IMG/VR virus record: IMGVR_UViG_3300046665_000548
Coordinates: 372,001 to 436,000 of that record
Length of the DNA stretch: 64,000 nt
Reading direction: 5' to 3' (one strand)
Shown here in pieces: positions 9,379-18,144 of this stretch. The translations under genes and the position numbers were made by a program. Within the stretch, counting starts at the first letter, position 1, and the number at the start of each line of letters is the position of its first letter. The notes under the pieces are model-generated. The model was not told the origin of the DNA. It was given only the letters and a program-made list of their open reading frames with translations, and did no database searches.

Positions 9379-9912
9379 ATGTCGGAGACTGACAAGCTAA
9401 TTCGGGCCATCGAGACCGGGGCGGTCATCACCTTGGGGTGGATGTCCATCAAGGTTATCGTCAGTTGGGTATTCCAGAACTGGATTCTTCTCGCTGTTCT
9501 TTTCGCTCTCGTCTGGGTTCATGACGCCGGGACCGGTCGCCGCTCTCGCGTGGAAAAGATCAACAATTTCCCGACCTCCAGCGTTACCGTTAGCGACGTG
9601 GCTTATCAGAAGCCATCGGGGGTTCCGGATTATTTTACCGCAACTGTGAAGAACGATGGTCCGGCCCGTATCTACGACTTGACCATCTCCTGCAATATGC
9701 AGTACCGGACTACCGCTTCCGCCGACGATAGCAGTTCCAAGGTGAAGACCACGGTGAACCTGGGTTACATCAATCCGGGAGAGACCGCCCGGCTGCGGTT
9801 AAACGCTGATGGTTCGGGCCTGCGTCTGATGGAAAACATCCGCCTAGGGGACTGTTCCCCGAACTTTACCCCCGAAATCAACGATATGCTTAAGCTTGGA
9901 AAGGTACAGTGA
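9379..9912 (+). CDS. Membrane-anchored protein with FxLYD/Ig-like domain
   Basis: N-terminal hydrophobic segments; ATVKNDGPARIYDLTISC..LGYINPGETAR; AGGAG SD. Confidence 0.55.
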   Translation: MSETDKLIRAIETGAVITLGWMSIKVIVSWVFQNWILLAVLFALVWVHDAGTGRRSRVEKINNFPTSSVTVSDVAYQKPSGVPDYFTATVKNDGPARIYDLTISCNMQYRTTASADDSSSKVKTTVNLGYINPGETARLRLNADGSGLRLMENIRLGDCSPNFTPEINDMLKLGKVQ

Positions 9913-10400
9913 TGTTGGCGATTGCTTCGATCTTCGGTCTGTTCGTCCTCTATCAGGATCAGATCAAGAAGGCTGCCACCTTCGGTATGATCGGATACGG
10001 CATCTATATCGCATACCTGACCGTTCTGCTGCCCTTCGCGGGCTTCCAGGCGAAGCCTGAGATCGATGAATACGTTCTCAACGAACGCGTCTCGGGGCAG
10101 GTTACGAGCGTTGCCATTTCCGGCACGAGCTACGGTAAGATCAAGATCACCGGAACGGTAGAGAACCGCACCGATTGGACGCTTGGATCGTACGTGGTAA
10201 CCTGCCGCGTTCAGGAGACGTTTGATGGCAATACCGCGATCATGGTGACGACTGGCTTCGCGAATATCGCGCCGAATTCAAAGGGGACCTTTGAGGCCGT
10301 GGTTGATGGCGTGAAGCAGGACAATCCGCGCGGCTTGCTCGGTGGAGACCGGACCATGCTGAACCACTTTTGCCGGTTCGATCACGCTGACCGGGCCTAA
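9909..10400 (+). CDS. Membrane-anchored FxLYD/Ig-like protein, paralogous to 9379..9912
   Basis: TM segments; ITGTVENRTDWTLGSYVVTC..NIAPNSKGTFE; GTGA overlap with the upstream gene. Confidence 0.55.
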   Translation: MMLAIASIFGLFVLYQDQIKKAATFGMIGYGIYIAYLTVLLPFAGFQAKPEIDEYVLNERVSGQVTSVAISGTSYGKIKITGTVENRTDWTLGSYVVTCRVQETFDGNTAIMVTTGFANIAPNSKGTFEAVVDGVKQDNPRGLLGGDRTMLNHFCRFDHADRA

Positions 10401-10403
10401 CAC

Positions 10404-10643
10404 ATGATCGACTACGCAGAAGTTGCCCGAAAGGCCGCTCACCGGATCGCAGGAACCTGTGATTCTTTGGATGGCGTGTTGGAGAACATGGGCCATGATG
10501 GGGCGGATAACCTGATGGAGTTCTGCAAGGAATTCGACCGGCTGGTGTTCTGCTGTACCTCCTGTGATTGGTGGCACGAGCAGAGCCAGAACGCCGATAG
10601 GGAAGGCAATTGGATTTGCCGGGAATGTGCTGCTGAAAAGTAA
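10404..10643 (+). CDS. Small zinc-ribbon-like protein
   Basis: CCTSCDWW...CREC motif pair. Confidence 0.55.
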   Translation: MIDYAEVARKAAHRIAGTCDSLDGVLENMGHDGADNLMEFCKEFDRLVFCCTSCDWWHEQSQNADREGNWICRECAAEK

Positions 10644-10649
10644 TGGGGT

Positions 10650-11264
10650 CTAGTCGGCCCCATTAGTCGAAACAGTGTCGGGAGCGCTCTCGTCCGGGTG
10701 TAGGTTGACCCATTCTTGTGGGTTATTCTGTCCTTCTTGGCGTAGGTAAACGTAAGTGGTTTCCTCCCAAGAGAGAACTTTATGTGTCAGGTTATCGAGA
10801 ATAAAGTCCCCGCGATCCGTCTTGATCATAAGAACGGCATGGCCCCGCTGCTCGCTGTCGAGGACGACTGTGATCCTCATAGCCCGGCGAGGAATACCCA
10901 AGTCAGCGAGCAGACTACGCTTTAGAAGCTGATGATCTTCGCAGTCGCCGTATCCGTCCTCGGCCAAGTCCCAACGATCTTCCACACCCCAATGAAGCGG
11001 GTCTGTTATCGAGGTTGTGGTGTCGTTGACGTTCGAGTTGATGACCGCGATTGCCGACCATATCTCCTCAGTCAGGACGATGCGCTTGGGCTCGTCCTGA
11101 CCGAATGTGCATTCTTTTTTGTACTTGTCGGCCTTGCAGAATTCAACCCACGCGTCTAGCGGAATACCCGCACCATTCGCGATGATCGGTCGATGCTTGG
11201 TTGGTAGAGCCAAGCATTGTGTTGTGAAAAGACACGCAAAAAATAAAGTAAGAACGTATTTCAC
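10650..11264 (-). CDS. Transglutaminase-like cysteine proteinase (BTLCP/LapG-like), secreted
   Basis: Signal peptide; GDCEDHQLLKR, GHAVL and ILDNL carry the Cys-His-Asp triad pattern. Confidence 0.88.
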   Translation of the reverse strand: MKYVLTLFFACLFTTQCLALPTKHRPIIANGAGIPLDAWVEFCKADKYKKECTFGQDEPKRIVLTEEIWSAIAVINSNVNDTTTSITDPLHWGVEDRWDLAEDGYGDCEDHQLLKRSLLADLGIPRRAMRITVVLDSEQRGHAVLMIKTDRGDFILDNLTHKVLSWEETTYVYLRQEGQNNPQEWVNLHPDESAPDTVSTNGAD

Positions 11265-11267
11265 TAT

Positions 11268-11285
11268 AGCCTCCTAAAGGAGGCT
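11268..11285 (-). promoter_or_regulatory. Hairpin sequestering the SD of the BTLCP gene
   Basis: Minus strand AGCCTCC-TTTA-GGAGGCT, 3 nt before the GTG start. Confidence 0.6.
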
Positions 11286-11365
11286 CACGGACCAAACTCA
11301 GGGTTGCCGATTGAGGCCGTAAACCATCTGGCTATTTACTGATTAGCAATGGGTGAAAGTATTGA

Positions 11366-11575
11366 TTAAGCGCGCGCAATGCTCTCGATATTTTCCGAGA
11401 AACGCAGCTTAAGCTTAAGAGCTTCGTTCATGCAGGTGGAGATAATCTGCCTGCCAACCAGGGTAGAGCCGGGAAGACTCTTGAGTTCTTCGTCAAGAAG
11501 TTCTTTGACGGCTCCGGCTTCGTAATCCGGATCGGCGTCGTAGTTGAGTTCCACAATCCAATAGGTCTTAGCCAT
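11366..11575 (-). CDS. Small motif-family protein (MAKTYWIVEL...EALKLKLRFS)
   Basis: GGAGA SD before ATG 11575; C-terminal A-x2-LKLRF. Confidence 0.6.
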   Translation of the reverse strand: MAKTYWIVELNYDADPDYEAGAVKELLDEELKSLPGSTLVGRQIISTCMNEALKLKLRFSENIESIARA

Positions 11576-11663
11576 TTTATCTCTCCGCAATGAGTTGGTA
11601 GTAAACAATAAGCCGAACGTAACGTCTGAATTTCTAACAGTCAAAAGGTCTTTTTGGTCAACT

Positions 11664-12215
11664 TCATACGTCGGATTCCAACCCATAAAAAATGAAATGG
11701 TAACGACGGTTTAGAGTTCGACGCCTCTGATTGGCGTCGATCCCATTATCCCAATCCGTGAGTGCGGATAGAAGCTTTCCTTCACGGCCAAGGAGACGAT
11801 CTGCGATCTCCGTGACGTGTAGGTTAGGAACGGCCTCTGGACGCTGCTCCAAGAGGCTCTTAAGGGCTTCCTGTTCACGTCCTGGCCCGAGATGCTGAGC
11901 CCACAATGCGAGCCCTATAGCGCCTGAGCGCCCGACACCAGCCTGACAATGGACAAGGATATTCGTTTTGTCCCTTCCGAAGTCGAGGGCTCGTTGAACT
12001 TGATCTTCGGTAGCCTGTTTGAAGACTGGCCAATCCGTATAGGGCGACGGCGCTGGCCTGTCGAGGTCAACGAACGGGAGAACAAGATGCTGCGGATGAG
12101 GCTTCTTAGTGAACCGTAGACGATTTTTCGCGTCCGGGTCTTCAAGCGAGATGACTGCTTCGAAGTCTCGCTTGTGGCGCTTTGCCCAACCAAATGCTGA
12201 AACTGTGATTTGCAT
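11664..12215 (-). CDS. Protein-tyrosine / dual-specificity phosphatase
   Basis: CX5R active-site motif VHCQAGVGRS; FVDLD acid loop. Confidence 0.85.
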   Translation of the reverse strand: MQITVSAFGWAKRHKRDFEAVISLEDPDAKNRLRFTKKPHPQHLVLPFVDLDRPAPSPYTDWPVFKQATEDQVQRALDFGRDKTNILVHCQAGVGRSGAIGLALWAQHLGPGREQEALKSLLEQRPEAVPNLHVTEIADRLLGREGKLLSALTDWDNGIDANQRRRTLNRRYHFIFYGLESDV

Positions 12216-12217
12216 CT

Positions 12218-13012
12218 TCAGCTTCTCTGCTTGGCAATCCGTTTGGCCATCCGCTTTTCCAGGCCGTCGTCTTTTGGTTTGGCCGAACGAGGTTGATCCT
12301 CGACTAGCTCGTGCTCGGCCTCAGTTGTTGAGGTCTTCTTGTATTTGTCCTTGTTGGCCTTTGTCGGGGGCTTTTTCTTAGGAGCTTTCGTCGGGCGCTC
12401 TTCTGGTTCTGGGAACGCCATAACCGGGAGTTCAAAGTTGTACCAAGCTGAGATCGCCGCGACCGTCTTGGTGTGATACTCGGCGCTCGTGCTCCATGAG
12501 GCAGCGCCATCCGAGTAGAATTTGTCGAGCACATCCGCGTAAGCCGGATCATCAAGCTTCCATCGCCGTAGGAAAAAGAAGTAACGGATCGTACCAAGCA
12601 CGAACCATCCGGCCGATGTATCGCCCGGCTCAATGTCCATCATAGCTTCGAGAGCGGGCTCCAGGGATACTTCGTCGGGCGTTCCCATATGCGCGAGGAC
12701 GGTCTTCCTGATAGCATCCAAGTTACGGAAACCATCCAGTAGGTTTCCCATTGGGTCATCGGGCAGTTCTTGTGCCATGAAGGCGTGAGCCCAGCCTTGA
12801 GTGTATCCGCAACCCGGCACCGGGCAGCGCCAACCGTCGTTGCCAGCTACAAGCAGACCGGTATCGTGCTCGTTGTGCTCTTCAGCGTATCTCTTGTGAG
12901 CTTCGTCGCTACGGTCGTTTCCGCACGTGAAAGGATGAAACGTGCCTTTGCGCTGAAATGCATTCAGATTCTTGACTTGATCATCCGACCAAGGTGTTTC
13001 AATTTTTTCCAA
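12218..13012 (-). CDS. Hypothetical protein with N-terminal zinc-binding domain and Lys-rich tail
   Basis: HPFTCG...WRCPVPGCGYTQGWAH motif. Confidence 0.55.
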   Translation of the reverse strand: MEKIETPWSDDQVKNLNAFQRKGTFHPFTCGNDRSDEAHKRYAEEHNEHDTGLLVAGNDGWRCPVPGCGYTQGWAHAFMAQELPDDPMGNLLDGFRNLDAIRKTVLAHMGTPDEVSLEPALEAMMDIEPGDTSAGWFVLGTIRYFFFLRRWKLDDPAYADVLDKFYSDGAASWSTSAEYHTKTVAAISAWYNFELPVMAFPEPEERPTKAPKKKPPTKANKDKYKKTSTTEAEHELVEDQPRSAKPKDDGLEKRMAKRIAKQRS

Positions 13013-13019
13013 ATTATCC

Positions 13020-13238
13020 TCACACGAAAACGATTTTGAATTCTACAGCTAAACGATGATCGGCAAAGAAGAAAGAAGTATATCCAAGCCGTCCTCCGTG
13101 CATGTCAATACTCCAATCTTTATCGTTCACCAGCTTTCGATCATTGAGCCATGCTAGTGCGGCGTACGTAGGAGCAAGGTAAATGTCGGTGTCAACAACG
13201 CGAACCTCGTTAGTGAGATTCCGAAGCTTCCGTGTCAT
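13020..13238 (-). CDS. Small motif-family protein
   Basis: Ends FFFADHRLAVEFKIVFV. Confidence 0.6.
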   Translation of the reverse strand: MTRKLRNLTNEVRVVDTDIYLAPTYAALAWLNDRKLVNDKDWSIDMHGGRLGYTSFFFADHRLAVEFKIVFV

Positions 13239-13459
13239 TTCATCCGCTCCAGGAGTTGATGAGCATACACGCCGGGCACCTCTTGATCACTCCACTGGCC
13301 CTGGGTGGCGTCGGCCCATGCCAATATAATTACCCAGTAGCGGATTCGATATGGAATACGCCGTACGCAAGCAATAAGCACATTTGAAAAGACTCGTCGG
13401 GATTTTCCGCTGATCCGATCAAAAGAACTGATAATTTTATTTTGAAGATAATCTGTCAT
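13235..13459 (-). CDS. Hypothetical protein
   Basis: 74-aa ORF with ATGA overlap to the next gene. Confidence 0.5.
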   Translation of the reverse strand: MTDYLQNKIISSFDRISGKSRRVFSNVLIACVRRIPYRIRYWVIILAWADATQGQWSDQEVPGVYAHQLLERMK

Positions 13460-13472
13460 TTTTCAACATGGG

Positions 13473-13620
13473 TGCGATTGACATTGGCTACCGAGTCCGT
13501 CCCGTTCGGCCTACTTGCAGTCCAACCCCGGCTCAGTACCGGGTGACTCGTTCGGCATCCCCACGCGTGACCGCGTGTTGGATTTCTACTTGCGTTCTAC
13601 CCGCTGGACGAACAATCGCA
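13473..13620 (-). ncRNA. Candidate structured non-coding RNA with pseudoknot (strand inferred from neighbouring genes)
   Basis: 8-bp closing stem TGCGATTG/CAATCGCA, two internal hairpins and two crossing 5-6 bp helices in a ~215-nt gap with no credible minus-strand ORF. Confidence 0.45.
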
Positions 13621-13675
13621 ATTACTCCTGTGCCTACTCCAGGCCCATGGTTCGCCCACTATACCATCAGCATCG

Positions 13676-13987
13676 TTATTCGCCATCATCTTTTGCGCCG
13701 TCCCAATTCAGTTTGAACCAAATTGCATGCTTTTCGTCACGAAAGAACAAAGTAGGTAGACCAGTACCTCTCAGCATCCATCGCGCGTAATCGGCATCCT
13801 TGCGTAATTCATAGAGAATTGAATTGTCTGACGCGTAGGTGAACCTTTCAACCAAGCTCACCCAAGTGGTTTCTTTATCGATCCATTCGGATGCATTGAT
13901 ATAGAGGGGGAAGCCAAAGTCAAACCGGAACGGAAAATTTTCCAGGATGTACTGACTTACTTCGCTCCCTGTTTTATACAACAGCAT
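13676..13987 (-). CDS. Small motif-family protein
   Basis: LFFRDEKHAIWFKLNWD near the C-terminus; start overlaps the end of the SbcC gene. Confidence 0.65.
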   Translation of the reverse strand: MLLYKTGSEVSQYILENFPFRFDFGFPLYINASEWIDKETTWVSLVERFTYASDNSILYELRKDADYARWMLRGTGLPTLFFRDEKHAIWFKLNWDGAKDDGE

Positions 13988-16040
13988 CGTCCTCGAACTT
14001 GGTGAACGAGTCTTCTTTGTGGACCATCAGAATACGGGACACACGGCTTCTCAAGTTGTCTTTATGACTAATCAGGAACACGTTCTTTCCGCGATCTCGC
14101 GCCAATCCCTTCAGAATCTCAAGGGCCGCTTCTGCGCCCTGATCGTCCAACCCATTATCGATCAATTCGTCTACCCAAAGCAAGTTGACCGAATTATTCA
14201 GACTTTCCCAAACATCGCGGAACGACAGTGAGGTGGCCATGATGACGCGGTTCATCTCGCCGCGCGATAGCTGCTCGAAATCGAAATCGCGTCCGAGCAG
14301 TGTGATTTCTACTGACAGGTCAGATACGAAGCGAACTTCGTGCGGCAGTCCGAGCTTATCCAAATACTGGTTCAGGCGAGAATTCAAGTAGGCGAGATTT
14401 TGATCGATGATCCGCTTGCGAATAAACGAGTCTTTGGACGTGAGCAGCTTGAGCAGGAAGTCTTGATGCTTCATCAGGACGGTGAGATCATTGAGAGGAG
14501 CCATGTCGATCTTCTGGAGAGTTTCCTTTAGACTATCGATCTGCTGCGTGTACGGGTTCACCTTCTCGTTCTCTTTTTCAAGATCGCGAACAAGCATCTC
14601 GTACAACTGTTTGGCCTTGTAGACCTCATCACGACTTTTAAAGGTAGTGACTGGTCGTGCGCCAAGAGCCTTGATCGCATCCTTCGCGGCTTTCCACCTA
14701 CTATCTTGTTCAGTTACGTCGGCTTGCACCTCGGTGCACCGAACCTGTTGCTCTTCTGCACGCGCAATCAGTTCAGTAACGCGTTGTTCAGAGTCGCTAC
14801 GGACTTTGTTCATCTCGACCTTGAGGACGTTTTCGATCTCGTTGGTCAAACTATCGAGGCTTGCAAGTTCACGGGTGATCTTGGCTTCTAGAGTTTCCTT
14901 CTGCTTCTCCAGGTTCGCCTGTACCGTCTTCAGGTGATCTGTTCCTGAAAGGCCCTGGCCGCAGGTCCTGCACGAGTGCTCATCGGAGTGCTCAATCTCA
15001 TGCATTATTACGGTGAGTTCTTCTGTCAAGCGCGCGGCCTGAGAAGAATGACGTTCGGCGTCTTTCTCTTTCCGAGAAATCTCTGTCCTTAGTCGTGCAA
15101 TCTGCACCTCAGGATCAAGAGCGGTTGCTTCTTTGCGATAGCGATCAGCCTGCGAACAAACGCTATCAACCTCACGCTGAAGACGCGCGGCCTCACGCGA
15201 CTCCGCATCCTCGACTACTCGAAGCTCGCGCAGCTTAGTATCGAACGCATCCAACGCATCGAATGCTACAATCTCAGCCTCAAAGTTTATGTCCTGGACG
15301 GCCTGTATTTCCGCTTCGAGTTCAGCAACGGCATGAACATGATGCTTCAGCCAGTTCGAAGAATTCGTCTCGGCTTGCTTGATGGTAACCTCGATGCGGC
15401 TGTTCGCTTCGGTGGTTGCCTTCAGGTCCGCTTCGAGATCGCGAATCTGATCTTTGGTTCCATCAGGACCGTTCATGATCCTCTTCAATTCGTCGGCACG
15501 CTGAGAGATTTGGGTAACACCAAGAAGCTCTTCGATTACTGCTCGCTGTTCGCTTACAGTCATCTTCAGGAAAGGTTCGGTGAAAGTATTGAGTGCCAAC
15601 ACATGCTTGAACATAGTGTGGCTCATACCGATCAGACGCTCGATCTCTTCTTGCGTGTGGCGGTTCTCGCCCTGCGCCTGATCATCGCTGCTCGTTTCAG
15701 TATTGTTCACGTAGAAGCGCATCGTTACAGGCTTCTGTCCGCGCTCAATCCTATAGGATTTACCATCACGCTCGAACTCAATGGTTACGAGCATGGCCTT
15801 GTTGTTGATGTTGTTGACGAGATTTGGAATCTTGATCTTCGTCAGCGGCTTCCCGTATAGGGCATAGCTGATCGCTTGAAGAATAGATGTCTTGCCAGCG
15901 CCATTACGCGTGACTCCTCCGGTGCCATCGGTGTTCTCACCAAGGACGAGGGTCAATCCAGCACTATCAAGATTGATCGCTTGGGTAACGTTGCCAACAG
16001 ATAGGAAGTTCTTGAGTGTAAGCTTTGTAATACGGATCAT
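13974..16040 (-). CDS. SbcC/Rad50-like recombination ATPase (T4 gp46-like)
   Basis: KNFLSVGN, Walker A NGAGKTS, zinc hook CRTC, LSRGE signature, Walker B LWVDE, ISH loop. Confidence 0.93.
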   Translation of the reverse strand: MIRITKLTLKNFLSVGNVTQAINLDSAGLTLVLGENTDGTGGVTRNGAGKTSILQAISYALYGKPLTKIKIPNLVNNINNKAMLVTIEFERDGKSYRIERGQKPVTMRFYVNNTETSSDDQAQGENRHTQEEIERLIGMSHTMFKHVLALNTFTEPFLKMTVSEQRAVIEELLGVTQISQRADELKRIMNGPDGTKDQIRDLEADLKATTEANSRIEVTIKQAETNSSNWLKHHVHAVAELEAEIQAVQDINFEAEIVAFDALDAFDTKLRELRVVEDAESREAARLQREVDSVCSQADRYRKEATALDPEVQIARLRTEISRKEKDAERHSSQAARLTEELTVIMHEIEHSDEHSCRTCGQGLSGTDHLKTVQANLEKQKETLEAKITRELASLDSLTNEIENVLKVEMNKVRSDSEQRVTELIARAEEQQVRCTEVQADVTEQDSRWKAAKDAIKALGARPVTTFKSRDEVYKAKQLYEMLVRDLEKENEKVNPYTQQIDSLKETLQKIDMAPLNDLTVLMKHQDFLLKLLTSKDSFIRKRIIDQNLAYLNSRLNQYLDKLGLPHEVRFVSDLSVEITLLGRDFDFEQLSRGEMNRVIMATSLSFRDVWESLNNSVNLLWVDELIDNGLDDQGAEAALEILKGLARDRGKNVFLISHKDNLRSRVSRILMVHKEDSFTKFEDDAVV

Positions 16041-16095
16041 GATCAACTCTAAATATAAGCTGATCATAGGCCACGGGTCGGAAGGTTAGCAATAA

Positions 16096-16443
16096 ATGCG
16101 ATTTACAGAGGTGTTTGATAATTTCACTGATGGCGACGTTGAGCAACGTCGTACCTCTGGTCGTGGCGCATCTCTTAAAGATAAGGGATACCCGCTGAGC
16201 CGTTGTACTATTTTTCGTGCAATGCTTCCCGGCCAACCGCTACGGCAGATGGACTACGTGACACGATCAGAGAAGTTCGCTCGCGAGCATGCCGATCATA
16301 TGGCGGCAGTTGAAGGCGAAACCTACATCGTGAACCGCTACCGTGCCAGTACGGAGCATGTCTTTGAAGCATTCAATCCCGGAGAGTATTTCTACGACGG
16401 TCCGGCCATTGAAGGGCAGACCATCTATAAAGCAGACTACTGA
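16096..16443 (+). CDS. Small protein resembling ART-fold/polyvalent-protein domains; possibly head-packaged
   Basis: TIFRAM..MDYVTRSEKFAREHA..FNPGEYFY pattern; N-terminus MRFTEVF. Confidence 0.45.
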   Translation: MRFTEVFDNFTDGDVEQRRTSGRGASLKDKGYPLSRCTIFRAMLPGQPLRQMDYVTRSEKFAREHADHMAAVEGETYIVNRYRASTEHVFEAFNPGEYFYDGPAIEGQTIYKADY

Positions 16444-16449
16444 CAAGAT

Positions 16450-16480
16450 AAGGGCTGCCGTCCGTAGAACGACAGCCCTT
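16450..16480. terminator. Hairpin between convergent genes, possible terminator
   Basis: AAGGGCTG...CAGCCCTT 8-bp inverted repeat; weak U-tail. Confidence 0.4.
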
Positions 16481-16513
16481 CGCAGATATCAGCTATAGGT
16501 TGCGGCCCGTGCT

Positions 16514-17023
16514 TCAATCTGCTTTCTTGCGGCCTCGGCCGGTGGTTTTCTTGGCGGTCTTCTTCGCCGCGCCCTGGCGCTTCTGTCCGAGGCCCATCTG
16601 CTTGGCGAGGTCCGACCGAGCCTTCGCGTAGTTCGGAGCTACCATGGGATAGTTCGGCGGGAGACCCCATTTGGCGCGATACTGCTCTGGGGTCAGATCG
16701 CGGCCGGACAGATGTCGCTTCAGCGACTTGTAGGGCTTACCATCTTCGAGCGAGATCAGGTAGTCGGCAGTAATAGATTTCTTGATCGATACAGGGGGCT
16801 CGCCGCGCTGCGGAGAAGCACTCTGCTGCATTTCACGACTGCCACTGCCGCCGCCAGATGAGACGGTAAGCAGAGCGGTGTGAACCGTGTTGATGAGACT
16901 GGCCACGTCGTCCGGACGAACGTTGTTGTGAGTGTTGGCCAGATACGCTGACACGATGTCGCTCGTCATATTGAGGAGACTTGTGTCGTTTCCGGGCTGC
17001 CCGGTCGATTTGTTGCCTTCCAT
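16514..17023 (-). CDS. mucR: Ros/MucR family transcriptional regulator (prokaryotic zinc-finger fold)
   Basis: TSDIVSAY, PPVSIKKSITADYLISLEDGKPYKSLKRHL, LTPEQYRAKWGLPPNYPMVAPNYAKARSDLAKQMGLG. Confidence 0.93.
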   Translation of the reverse strand: MEGNKSTGQPGNDTSLLNMTSDIVSAYLANTHNNVRPDDVASLINTVHTALLTVSSGGGSGSREMQQSASPQRGEPPVSIKKSITADYLISLEDGKPYKSLKRHLSGRDLTPEQYRAKWGLPPNYPMVAPNYAKARSDLAKQMGLGQKRQGAAKKTAKKTTGRGRKKAD

Positions 17024-17121
17024 CTAATGATCCTTCGTTAGAGGTAGCCCCCAAGGTTGGGCGCTACAGTTCACTATAGATAGATGACTTTCGCTTATCT
17101 TGCAAGAGGGCGGCTATTTGG

Positions 17122-18144
17122 TTAGCTATTCAGACCTTTGTAGATGTGAACAAGCGTCTCTGGTTGCATACCAATACTCTGTACTGAAAGCAAACCGTCT
17201 ATCACGATTTGGTCTACAGATTGGAACACAACATCCCCGATAAACTCTTGATCCGCCTCACTTTTTGCCGCGTGGATCAGTTCTACTTTGCGCAACCCAT
17301 ATTGTGCCGCGAATGTATCTTTAACGACTTGAGCTTCCTCGTAAGAGATGTCCTTGTCGATGGTTACTCGGGCGGTAAGTTTTGGACGTAGCAATCTACC
17401 AGGATCGTCAAGCATCTCCGAAAGCTTCATGCTTCTAAACAGAGGCTGATCTGGCCAAGAGGCGAATTCGGGGTCTTTACCCCACTCCAAAAACATAGCG
17501 CCGCGCTCGCTGTCCCAGTTGTCTGAAAAGTCGAACGGCATAACATTTCCAAGATAACAGATGTTACCTTTGGTCTGTCTCTTATGGAAATGCCCAGTAA
17601 ACACGAACTCCTGCTTTGGGAAGGAGTCCGCCTGCACCGCGTGTGGCGAATCCGGCATTTCAACCATCGCGTTCATAAGAAATCCAGGCACCTCAAGATG
17701 AGCAATGACGTACCTGCTGTCCAAGTTCTTCAGTTTCTTGTGTTCGTCACCAATTAACCAAGGCAGGAACGTCACGCCTCCGATAGTCTCGGGGTTGCGT
17801 AGAATTTTGATGTTCGGCAAATAGCGAACGAACTCGATGCTGCTCACATCGCGCTTATCGCGATAGAACAGGTCGTGGTTGCCCGGAATCCAGTAGGTGC
17901 GCTCGAACGCATCATTGATCATCTGGATGCCCTCTAGAGAGGCAGCCATGGTTGAAATATGCAAAGCATGACGGTTGTCGTGCCAATCACCGGCAAAGAG
18001 ACAGGTCTCGCAGCCGCGCGTCTTTGCCTCTTCGATGAACCATCGAAGATAATCCATACTGTCCTGAATCGCGATTGGGTTGTTACCTGAGCGTCCGAAA
18101 TGAATGTCGGTGAAGACCGCAGCCTTCTTAAATAAATTTGTCAA
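17122..18144 (-). CDS. SbcD/Mre11-like nuclease (T4 gp47-like)
   Basis: Metallophosphoesterase motifs TDIHFG, AGDWHD, PGNHD, GHFH. Start (TTG 18144) is uncertain. Confidence 0.92.
   Translation of the reverse strand: MTNLFKKAAVFTDIHFGRSGNNPIAIQDSMDYLRWFIEEAKTRGCETCLFAGDWHDNRHALHISTMAASLEGIQMINDAFERTYWIPGNHDLFYRDKRDVSSIEFVRYLPNIKILRNPETIGGVTFLPWLIGDEHKKLKNLDSRYVIAHLEVPGFLMNAMVEMPDSPHAVQADSFPKQEFVFTGHFHKRQTKGNICYLGNVMPFDFSDNWDSERGAMFLEWGKDPEFASWPDQPLFRSMKLSEMLDDPGRLLRPKLTARVTIDKDISYEEAQVVKDTFAAQYGLRKVELIHAAKSEADQEFIGDVVFQSVDQIVIDGLLSVQSIGMQPETLVHIYKGLNS

Noticed and set aside
13468-13716. Plus-strand ORFs 13468..13716 and 13515..13790
   Set aside because: Opposite to the local minus-strand operon, no SD, no protein-like motifs; the region is better explained as structured non-coding sequence.
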